A stretch of DNA of 23,508 nt from Octopus sinensis (Eukaryota). Below are positions 1-9,120 of this stretch, one piece after another. The stretch covers positions 1 to 23,508 of the forward strand of contig NW_021836672.1 of assembly GCF_006345805.1 (NCBI RefSeq), given 5' to 3'. A model generated the notes under the pieces. It ran no database searches. It was not told the DNA's origin and saw nothing but the letters and a program-made list of their open reading frames with translations. Numbering within the stretch: the stretch's first letter is position 1; every line of letters starts with the position of its first letter. The position numbers and the translations under genes are program-made.

Positions 1-83
1 CGTGTGTAGTTACATTGCTGAAGTCACACACACACACAACGCGCATACACAAACACACACACACACACATACTAACACACACA

Positions 84-118
<35 letters not shown>

Positions 119-202
119 CACACACACACATAATAAACTCGTAATCAAAGACGTTGTAGCAGTGGCCATCCGTTCTTTTTGTGTGCCAAGGACATCATCC
201 AA

Positions 203-243
<41 letters not shown>

Positions 244-367
244 TGCTACAACTTCTTTGATTACGAGTTTATTATGTGTGTGTGTGTGAGAGAGAGTGTG
301 TGTGTGTGTGTGTTTGTGTATGTGTGTGTGTGGTGTGTGTGTGACTTCAGCAATGTAACTACACACG
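1..367. repeat. Long inverted repeat (foldback): left arm 1-164, right arm 241-367, spacer 165-240 ending in (TA)n; left arm is cut by the window edge
   Basis: 1-27 cgtgtgtagttacattgctgaagtcac is the exact reverse complement of 341-367. 130-164 matches 241-275 in reverse complement with 1 mismatch. The (CA)n(CT)n(CA)n block is mirrored by (TG)n(AG)n(TG)n. Confidence 0.93.
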
Positions 368-416
368 TATTGTTAGGTATTTCTTTTCTTTCTTTGGACT
401 TTTCCTTTTTCTCCTT

Positions 417-443
417 CCGACAAAGAGCTATGATCGAAACGTC
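417..443 (+). other. Degenerate minimal type-I hammerhead-like motif of the kind found in Penelope-like element termini
   Basis: CCGACAA-A-GAGC-tat-GATC-GAAAC-GTC versus the model CTGANGA-A-GAGC-loop-GCTC-GAAAC-GTH: 3 substitutions, two of them in the catalytic core. Confidence 0.4.
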
Positions 444-454
444 GAACTCTCTCT

Positions 455-471
455 TTTCAATATATAATATA

Positions 472-533
<62 letters not shown>

Positions 534-566
534 ATATTATATATCTATAATATATATATATATATC

Positions 567-627
<61 letters not shown>

Positions 628-629
628 TA
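455..629. repeat. (TA)n microsatellite, interrupted
   Basis: Direct reading. Confidence 0.97.
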
Positions 630-746
630 GCCTGCTCGCTTAGCCAGCGGGGTGGCGTCATTTGAAGGCTAAACAATGCGAAGCGCATTGCGCATTGTGA
701 CCAGCGATGTGTAACAACATCTGATAGCCTGGTCGGTCACGGTGAT
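630..746 (+). mobile_element. Probable 3' fragment of a dispersed SINE
   Basis: GC-rich island between (TA)n tracts (gcctgctcgcttagccagcggggtggcgtc...ggtcggtcacggtgat), which I recall as an octopus SINE tail; no second copy in the window. Confidence 0.4.
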
Positions 747-781
<35 letters not shown>

Positions 782-940
782 CTATGTCTACCATTTCTAA
801 AATCTAGAGTGACCACATAGGGGTTCATATTGATTCATCAGTCTTCGTTCCCTGGTTTTTAGCACGTTAGTATAGATTGCGTATATTTCGAGTTCATATA
901 TCTCTCTTTCTCTCCTTCCTTCACTTTCAATCTGTCTCAT

Positions 941-944
<4 letters not shown>

Positions 945-1022
<78 letters not shown>
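945..1022. repeat. (CA)n microsatellite
   Basis: Direct reading. Confidence 0.97.
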
Positions 1023-1025
<3 letters not shown>

Positions 1026-1191
1026 TATGCAAACGCACGCATGAGAAATCTATACGTTCCATCCCAGATCCGGTTAATTGACATCGAGCATTTCTCACGA
1101 GTGTAATTGTGTGTGACGAACACCAAACACACGCGGGATGGAAATATACACAGGTATTCTGTTTTAATTTTTTTACGGATCTCTCTTGCAG

Positions 1192-1249
1192 AACAAGAAC
1201 TCGACACCGAGAAACTGAAAACCAACAAACTGCTCCACCTAACATCAAG
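1192..1249 (+). other. Candidate 58-nt internal exon of an unknown gene
   Basis: Acceptor ttttttacggatctctcttgcAG (1190-1191) and donor AAG/GTatat (1250). Two of three frames are open: QELDTEKLKTNKLLHLTS and TRTRHRETENQQTAPPNIK. Confidence 0.3.
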
Positions 1250-1400
1250 GTATATCCACCCTAACTCACACCACAAAAGCCGTCCTCCCCAATCTTTACA
1301 TTTAATACTATGCTTGCTTTTAAAGACACGCAAGAATAAAAAAGGTTATACTGACCTAGATGAGATGAGATTTGAACAGCTGGTATGCCTGTATGGTTAA

Positions 1401-1634
1401 AAAGGCGGCGAGCTGGCAGAAACGTTAGCACGCCGAGCGAAATGCTTAGCAGTATTTCGTCAGCCGTTACGTTCTGAGTTCAAATTCCGCCGAGGTCGAC
1501 TTTGCCTTTCATCCTTTCGGGGTCGATAAATAAAGTACCAGTTACGCACTGGGGTCGATATAATCGACTTAATCCGTTTGTCTGTCCTTGTTTGTCCTCT
1601 CTGTGTTTAGCCCCTTGTGGGTAATAAAGAAACA
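1401..1634 (+). mobile_element. tRNA-derived SINE family A, long-tail form (A-t), full length
   Basis: Head ggcggcgagctggcag, B-box gagttcaaattcc, tail ...ccccttgtgggtaataaagaaaca. 19-bp TSD ggtatgcctgtatggttaa (1382-1400) / gatatgactgtatggttaa (1635-1653), 17/19 identical. Confidence 0.92.
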
Positions 1635-1740
1635 GATATGACTGTATGGTTAAGAAATTTGTCACTTAACCACGTAGTCCCGCGTTCAATCCCGCTACGT
1701 GAAAACATAAGTAAGTGTCTTCTATCATAACCTTGGGGTG
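1635..1740 (+). mobile_element. Old diverged family B head, interrupted by the A-t copy
   Basis: ggttaagaaatttgtcacttaaccacgtagtcccgcgttcaatccc...aagtgtcttcta aligns with the B head at 2751 and 6994. Confidence 0.6.
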
Positions 1741-1839
1741 AAGAGTACCTTACATATGTGGAATATGGTAGATGGCAACTGTGCAGAAACTTGCCGCTTC
1801 TTTTGCCGATGTATCCTGTTATCATTTTTTAAAATAATT

Positions 1840-2055
1840 TTTATTTGTTTTAGTCATTTGACTGCGGCCATGCTAGGGCACTATCTTGAAGGGTTATTTT
1901 AGTCAAACAAATCGCCCTCAGGATCTTTTTCTTTAAAGCCTAGTACTTATTTCATCGGTGTCTTTTGCCGAACTGCTGAGTAACAGGAGTGTAAACATAC
2001 CAACGCCGGTTGTCAGGTAGTGGTAGTGGACAAACAAAGACACGCAGCCCCACCC

Positions 2056-2148
<93 letters not shown>

Positions 2149-2336
2149 TTTGGTAGACAGAAATTGAAAGAAGCTCGTCTCTATATATTATAGACGAGCT
2201 TCTTTCAATTTCTGTCTACCAAATTCACTCACAAGGCTTATAGTAGAAAACACTTGCCCAGAGTGCCACGCAATGAAACTGAACCCGGAACCATGTGGTT
2301 GGGAGGCAAGTTTCTTCTTACCACACAGCCACTCCT
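1840..2336 (-). mobile_element. SINE family B with an expanded internal (TA)n and a foldback
   Basis: Reverse complement of the B head at 2230-2336 (accacacagccactcct) and of the B 3' half at 1840-2045 (catttgactgcggccatgct); (TA)n at ~2058-2145. Confidence 0.88.
2145..2227. repeat. Perfect 36-bp inverted repeat with 11-nt spacer
   Basis: tgaatttggtagacagaaattgaaagaagctcgtct (2145-2180) / agacgagcttctttcaatttctgtctaccaaattca (2192-2227). Confidence 0.97.
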
Positions 2337-2343
2337 ACACATA

Positions 2344-2749
2344 TATATGTAATTTACATAGTACCTTTATAAACATGACTAATCTAGTTGTTTCTTTATA
2401 GATTGAAAAAGAAACACGAACAACCTTTATCGATTTTCGAATCTTATTGGATTTTCATCTGAGACATCTACATCAATTTGACCAACCCCAGGGAAACAAG
2501 CAACCCATTTGTTTATGAACTCAACAATTACAGTAGCTACAGAAAACAAGGGTTATGAATTTTAATATTGTAAATGTTACCCCTTTATTTTAGATATCCT
2601 GGGGCCTGCCAACGAGATCTTAGTACACACAATATCAAGGTATGATATATGTAACCTATATAAACTTAACAAACTGGGCTAATTTAGTTGGTTTTCCGTA
2701 GATTGGGAGAAATGAACAACCTTGATCGATTTTCGAACCTTATTGTATT
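2344..2749 (+). repeat. Old direct duplication of unique sequence, offset 300 bp; each copy carries a 3' splice-site-like motif
   Basis: ctaatctagttgtttctttatAGattg...gaacaacctttatcgattttcgaatcttattg versus ctaatttagttggttttccgtAGattg...gaacaaccttgatcgattttcgaaccttattg. Confidence 0.8.
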
Positions 2750-3150
2750 AGGAGTGGCTGTGTGGTAAGTAGCTTGCTTCCCAACCACATGTTTCCGGGT
2801 TCAGTCTCACTGCGTGGAACCTTGGGCAAGTGTCTTCTACTATAGCCTCGGGTCGACCAAAGCCTTGTGAGTGGATTTGGTAGACAGAAACTGAAAGAAG
2901 CCCGTCGTATATATATATATATGTATGTATATTTTTGTATGTCTATGTTTGTCTCCCCACCATCGCTTGACAACTGATGTTGGTGTGTTTACGTCCCCAT
3001 AACTTAGCGGTTCGGCAAAAAGAGACCGATAGAATAAGTACCTGGCTTACAAATAATAAGTCCTGGGGATCGATTCCTTCAACTATAGCGATGCTCCAGC
3101 ATGGCCGCAGTCAGCTGACTGAAAAAATAAATGAATAAAAGAACAAAGAA
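2750..3150 (+). mobile_element. SINE family B, full length
   Basis: Head ggagtggctgtgtggtaag, B-box-like ggttcagtctc, central TA/TG tract, 3' end cagcatggccgcagtc...A-rich. Confidence 0.92.
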
Positions 3151-3714
3151 TTATAGCATCTTTCCATCAGAATTTACCCTACAACATAATTAAATTTTAA
3201 AAACAGCGCCACCTACAGTAGAAGAAAACAAACTTATCAGAGACTATAATAGCCAAGATGAACTGAAATGTGCCACAGTCTGGTGAAGACTTGCAGGCCG
3301 AAGTTTCGAAGTCACTGACACTAATCTTCTTCTAAAAATATATAATAAATATGTTCTCAACAAAAAGGAATGAGTAATTCTTCAGTTTGCTTGGAATTGT
3401 TTTTATTATAAATCGACATAAAATCAAACGTGTGTATGTATGTGTGTGCGTGCTTATGTGCGTGTGTGTTTGTGTGTGTGTGTCAATTGAAGAAAGATGA
3501 AGGTACATCAATGTTACAAACGTTTCTATTACGTTTTTTTACTTCTGTTTTCCTCAGGTAAATTAATTCTATTTCACTTTGTGACGCTCATAGCATGTCT
3601 ATAGGACCATCCCATGGATTCGCGAAATGCTCCCTTTTACCGTTTACTGAAATATAACTGGGCTTCCTTTGCTTATTGGAGTACTACGCTGGCCAGGTTC
3701 CTGCATGAAATACG

Positions 3715-3947
3715 TATTTCTTTACTACCCACAATGGGCTAAACACAGAGAGGACAAACAAGGACAGACAAACGGATTAAGAAGATTATATCTACCCCAG
3801 TGCGTAACTGGTACTTAATTTATCGACCCCGAAAGGATGAAAGGCAAAGTCGACCTCGGCGGAATTTGAACTCAGAACGTAACGGCAGACGAAATACGGC
3901 TACGCATTTCGCCCGGCGTGCTAACGTTTCTGACAGCTCGCCGCCTT
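3715..3947 (-). mobile_element. SINE A-t, full length
   Basis: Reverse complement of the 1401 copy; 11-bp TSD catgaaatacg at 3704-3714 and 3948-3958. Confidence 0.95.
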
Positions 3948-4007
3948 CATGAAATACGGATGAGGTGATCAACCGGATTGTATTTATCCCTCTAATTAAA
4001 AACAGAC

Positions 4008-4200
4008 ATTCCGTCGCTTACGACGACGAGGGTTCCAGTTGATCCGATCAACGAAACAGCTTGCTCGTGGAATTAACGTACAAGTGGCCGAGCAATCCAC
4101 AGACGCTTGTACCCTTAACGTAGTTCTCGGGGAGATTCAGCGTGACACAGAGTGTGACAAGGCTGGCCCTTTGAAATACAGGTACTACTTACTAATTTTT
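4008..4200 (-). mobile_element. Probable 3' fragment of another SINE
   Basis: GC-richer block cttacgacgacgagggttccagttgatccgatc...gaaatacaggtac, recalled as an octopus dispersed repeat; single copy here. Confidence 0.4.
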
Positions 4201-4511
4201 GCCTGATGATTATAAATTATAAATATATCGCTGAGCTGATTCTAAACTATAAATATATATGTATCTATCGGTTTTATTAAAGGTGAGATTTATGATAAAA
4301 ATCAATTTTCTCTCTACGTAATTCTTGTTCTTAATAGTCTGAATTTCTGGAAACTCTGCAAAAGATATTAGGACTTATCTGTCATGCACGAGGATTTGCC
4401 TGGGATATGTAATCTACTTACATTCGCTGGTATCTGATTGCAGGAAATGTGATCTGATTCCATAATACTGAGCGCTTAATTGATATCTGACAGGATTATA
4501 AAATCCCAAAT

Positions 4512-4597
4512 ATGTATGTATGTATGTATGTATGCATGTATGTATGTATGCATGTATGTATGTATTTATGTATGTATGTATGGATGGATGGATGTGT
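4512..4597. repeat. (GTAT)n/(GGAT)n microsatellite
   Basis: Direct reading. Confidence 0.95.
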
Positions 4598-4900
4598 GGA
4601 GGCGCAATGGCCCAGTGGTTAGGGCAGCAGACTCGCGGTCGGAGGATCGCGGTTTCGATTCCCAGACCGGGCGTTGTGTGTGTTTATTGAGTGAACACAC
4701 CTAAAAGCTCCACGAGGCTCCGGCAGGGGATGGTGGCGACCCCTGTTGTACTCTTTCGCTCCGACTTGCTCTCAGTCTCTCTTCCTGTTTCTTGAGTAAC
4801 GCTGCGATGGACTGGCGTCCGGTCCAGCTGGGAGGAACACATACGCCACAGAAACCGGGAAACCTGACTAGGCTTGAAAAGGGCGCATAAATAAAAAAAA
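4598..4900 (+). mobile_element. tRNA-derived SINE family C, full length
   Basis: A-box tggcccagtgg, B-box ggtttcgattccc, tRNA-like end accgggcg; body homologous to 17698-19432; ctgcgatggactggcgtcc resembles the V-SINE domain; A-rich end. Confidence 0.85.
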
Positions 4901-5164
4901 TCTATGTATGCATGTGTATAGGCAAAGTGTATACACATCGGCAAAGGAAAATGAAAAAAAAAAATCCTGTGCAGTATTTTGTTCTGCATCGAGTTACAAG
5001 TCCTCCATTAAATGTCACACCGTCTCAGAAATGTAGTTTGCGTGGTATTTATTCTGATTGTTTCTGTTTCGATCCCTCGTCTTAATCCAATGCCAGGTTT
5101 GTGAAGACCACACAGGGACGGGGCTTCGGGTGTCACAAACGGAGTTCAGTTGGTGCAAGGATTA

Positions 5165-5770
5165 GGATCAAGTCGTCGTTGTTGTCGCCGTCATCGTCGC
5201 CATCATCATTATCAGCACCATCATCATCGTCATCGTTTTCGTCGTCGTCGTCATCATCATCGTCACCATCATCATGATCAGCATAATCATCACCATCGCC
5301 TTCGTCGACGTTACTGTCATTGTCGTCGTCAGCATCATATTGATTTTCGTTGTTGTCGTCGTCGCTGACGTCACCATCATCGTCATCATCACCACCATCG
5401 CCACCACCACCAGCATCACCAGCACCATTACCATCATCCTCATCATTACCACCATATTCATCATCATCATCAGCAGCAGCAGGAGCATTGGCGTCGTCGT
5501 TATCGTTGTCGTCATCGTCATCATTATCATCAACACAAACAACAACAACAACAACAGCAAGAGCATACTCAACCGTAATGACAAATGCATATTTTCTACC
5601 ACCAGCAGCTATCATCCCCCCCCACCACCACTCTCTCAGCCACTATACCACCATAACTACCATCATCGCCGCCACCACCATAAACCTCAACCACCGCAAT
5701 GACTACCCATCCCCCCGCTTCTACCACCATTATCACTACAGCAGCAACAACAACAACAACAACAACAGGA
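5165..5770. repeat. Cryptic trinucleotide low-complexity tract (CAT/CGT/CAC/CAA)n
   Basis: Mixed triplet repeats; several frames open on both strands. Confidence 0.9.
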
Positions 5771-5929
5771 CAATGAGCCAAGTGAAAACTTGAAACTGCT
5801 AGAAATAGCAACTAAATCTCGTTTTCAAATAACATTCCAGGATTTTACTTTTTTAAGAAAAGAGAGAGAGATAGAGAGAGAGAGAAAGAAGACATATTAG
5901 ATAATGGAGTCTGACATCTCTGAAAAGGT

Positions 5930-6005
5930 AGCATCGTCACGGCTGGAATGCCTTTGATCGTTGGTCTACTTGATTAGGGCTGGCCTAGGGCTAAACGACA
6001 ACAGC
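5930..6005 (+). mobile_element. Short dispersed repeat fragment; homologue on the minus strand at ~14250-14340
   Basis: ggctggaatgcctttgatc...tgattagggctggcctagggctaaac versus the reverse complement of 14250-14340, gactggaacatctttgatc...ctcgatcaaagctcagttggggttaaa. Confidence 0.55.
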
Positions 6006-6266
6006 CGTAACAGCGAGGCAATCTTTTCAAATTGTTGGCAGACGTTAAGTCCTTTAAGCAAGGAATGAGAGTCAGTAGGAAATGGGTTTTATTTTCATTT
6101 TATTCTTTTGTGTTTTATTATTTTATTTTATTTTATTTTTTGCTCTAAAATATCTTCTCTGAAGGTTAAAGTTTCGTTTAAAAAAGAATATCATTGTGGC
6201 AGCAGTTACGTACGTAGAATCTTAGCAATGTCGACGGCGGCCATTTTGTGGTTGAGTCAGCGCGGT

Positions 6267-6612
6267 TAGGAAGGAAGGAAGGAGGGAAGCAAGGAAGGAA
6301 GCAAGGAAGGAAAGAAGCAAGGAAGCAAGGAGAGGGGAAGGGAAGGAGGGAGGGAGGGAGGGAGAAAAGAGCGTGAAAGAGAACAGAAAGGAAGAAAGAA
6401 AGAAAGAAAGAAATGAAGGGAGGGAGAAAAGAGAGTGAAAGAGAACGGAAAGGAAGAAAGAAAGAAAGAAATGAAGGAAGTATGGAAGGTAAGAAGAAAG
6501 GAAGGAGGAGGGAGAGAGGGCGGGAGAAAAAAGGGTGAAAGGGAACGGAAAGGAAGAGAAAAAAAAAGAATGGAAGAAAGGGAGGAAGGAAAGAAAAAAT
6601 GGCAAGGATAGA
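6267..6612. repeat. Purine-rich (GGAA/GAAA) tract with three internal diverged units
   Basis: gggagaaaa..gtgaaag.gaac.gaaaggaag recurs at 6360, 6422 and 6522. Confidence 0.9.
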
Positions 6613-6987
6613 AAAAAAACATTGAACCGACAGTCGGCATAAAACGATGATAGTTTTAAATGAGTTTTAGTTTGTCAGGCCTCTATTTGTTTGTTATTTG
6701 AAATGCAAACTGCTTGTTGAAAGATTAACGAAGGTATTTAAAATACCTTATATTGGTTACAACCGTTTTAAAAATACCTTATGTTGGGAACAACCGTTTA
6801 GAGGATTGAGACTAGCTAAAATGGCGGAGCATTAGACTTCGCCCGCGTAATCTATCTGAGACTGAACGTTACATATATAATTTTTTCGTTCAATCTTTTT
6901 TCTTCTTTTAAATCATGGTGGAGCCGAATTTGCTTCTGAGTTTTCTGGGTCAAAAACAGAAAAGAAAAAGAGAAGTAATTATGAATA

Positions 6988-7417
6988 GGCGCAGGAGTGG
7001 CTGTGTGGTAAGTAGCTTGCTTACCAACCACATGGTTCAATGTTCAGTCCCACTGCGTAGCACCTTGGACAAGTGCCTTCTACTATAGCCTCGGGACGAC
7101 CAAAGCCTTATGAGTGGATTTGGTAGACGGAAACTGAAAGAAGCCCGTCGTATATATGTATATATATATGTATGTGTGTGTGCGTGTGTATATGTTTGTG
7201 TGTCTGTGTTTGTCCTCCCAACATCGCTTGACAACCAATGCTGGTGTGTTTACGTCCCCCGTAACTTAGCGGTTCGGCAAAAAGAGATCCGATAGAATAA
7301 GTACAAGGCTTCCAAAGAATAAGTCCTGGGGTTGAGTTGCTCGACTAAAGGCGGTGCTCCAGCATGGCCGCAGTCAAATGACTGAAACATGTAAAAGAAA
7401 AAAAAAACAAAAAAAAC
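6988..7417 (+). mobile_element. SINE family B, full length
   Basis: ggcgcaggagtggctgtgtgg head through cagcatggccgcagtcaaatgactgaaac and an A-tail. Confidence 0.93.
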
Positions 7418-7427
7418 ATACTACAGT

Positions 7428-7610
7428 TAAAGGCGGCGGATTGGCGGAATATTCGGTGCGACGGGTAAAACGCTTAGCGGGATTTCGTCCGTTTTTACGG
7501 TCTGAGTTCAAATTCCGCTGAGGTCGACTTTACCTTTCAACCTTTCGGGGTGGATAAAATACGTACCAGTTGAGTACTGGGGTCGATGTAATTGAAATTG
7601 CTCGTTTTGT
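7428..7610 (+). mobile_element. Diverged SINE family A
   Basis: aaggcggcgg...gagttcaaattccgctgaggtcgac...ctggggtcgatgtaat. Confidence 0.8.
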
Positions 7611-7634
7611 GCCAGACAACGGTCGATTAAAATA

Positions 7635-7818
7635 TTGGTTTTAAATTTTGACCAGCAATTTCGGGATTGGGGACTAGCCGGTTTGTCGACTACATCGACC
7701 CCTCAGTGCCCAAATGCTATTACTTTTATGACTCCGAAAGGATGAAAGACAAAGTCACCCTCGGAAGAATTTGAACTCAGAACGTAAAGACGGACGCTAA
7801 GCATTTTGCTCGGCGACA
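7635..7818 (-). mobile_element. Diverged SINE family A (short tail)
   Basis: gaaaggatgaaagacaaagtc...atttgaactcagaacg is the reverse complement of the A core. Confidence 0.75.
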
Positions 7819-7839
7819 TTAATCAAATGACTGATTCAC

Positions 7840-7917
7840 ATTCTTCTTCTTCTTCTTCTTCTTCTTCTTCTTCTTCTTCTTCTTCTTCTTCTTCTTCTTC
7901 TTCTTCTTCTTTTCTTC

Positions 7918-7984
<67 letters not shown>

Positions 7985-8015
7985 CATCAGCATCAGCATC
8001 ATCATCATTATTATT
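7840..8015. repeat. (CTT)n(TTA)n(CAT)n compound microsatellite
   Basis: Direct reading. Confidence 0.97.
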
Positions 8016-8017
8016 AA

Positions 8018-8186
8018 GGTATTTCGTCTGTCTTCGTGTTCTGAGTTCAAATGCCGCCGGGGTCAATTTTGCCTTTCATCCTTTCGGGATCGATAAATTA
8101 AGTACCAGTTAGGCACTGGGGTCGATGCAATTGACTAGTCCTCTCCCACAAATATTTCAGGCCTTATGCCTATAGTAGAAAGTATT
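8018..8186 (+). mobile_element. 5'-truncated SINE A-s beginning at ggtatttcgtc
   Basis: A core plus short tail caggccttatgcctatagtagaaag. Confidence 0.85.
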
Positions 8187-8213
8187 ATTATTATTGTTGT
8201 TGTTGTTGTTACT

Positions 8214-8437
8214 AAAGGCAACGAACTGGCGGAATCGTTTGCATGCCGAGCAAAGTGCTTAGCGGCATTTCACCCGTCTTTACATTCTGAGTTCAAATCC
8301 TGCCGAGGTCGACTCTGCCTTCCATTCTTAAAACTAAGTATTCGATAAACTAAGTACCAGTCAAATACTGGGGTCGATTACATCGACCCCCACCCCCGAA
8401 ATTACTGGACTTGTGCCAAAATTTGAAACCGATATTA
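8214..8437 (+). mobile_element. Diverged SINE family A
   Basis: aaaggcaacgaactggcggaatc...gagttcaaatcc...ttgtgccaaaatttgaaacc. Confidence 0.8.
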
Positions 8438-8850
8438 TAATTACATTAATAAACTCACAGAGTTTTAAGATATATCTCGCGGATGCTGTGGGACGCATCG
8501 CCAGTAGTATAGAGTAGTATATGTCTGAGGTTTCAATGGGTTGATCAAGTCACCGCTTGTATCCCAGTGACAACAAACCACTGGTCTGTGTGGCTTTATC
8601 CAAAGCTACTTCGTGGCTTTCTTTGCAGTTTTAGAGAAGGCGCCGAGAGAGATCACATTGAAGTTAACGGAATTCATCCTTGGCCAATTGTCCACGCTCA
8701 TTAAAGAGAAAAGCAGAAACCAAAATGAACGCAGAGACGTCTCACATTCGAATATAATAAATAATTACGGCTTCATAATTTTGGTATGAAGCCAGTAATT
8801 TTGATACCATCGACTTCAGTACTTGACTGATGCTCTTGCAAAATAAAGTA

Positions 8851-9028
8851 CCCTTTGCTTCCCAACCATGTGGTCTTGGGTTCAATCCTACAGTGCAGCA
8901 ACTTTGGGCAAGTGTCTTCTACTATAGCCTTGGGCCGACCAAATCCTTGGGAGTGGATTTGGTAGTCGGAAATAGAAAGAAGCCCGTTGTGTGTGTGTAT
9001 ATATATATATATATATTATATATATATA

Positions 9029-9072
<44 letters not shown>

Positions 9073-9081
9073 CATACATAC

Positions 9082-9120
<39 letters not shown>

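Noticed and set aside
4598-4670. Functional tRNA gene
   Set aside because: It continues into a SINE body and tail, and the acceptor and anticodon stems do not close properly
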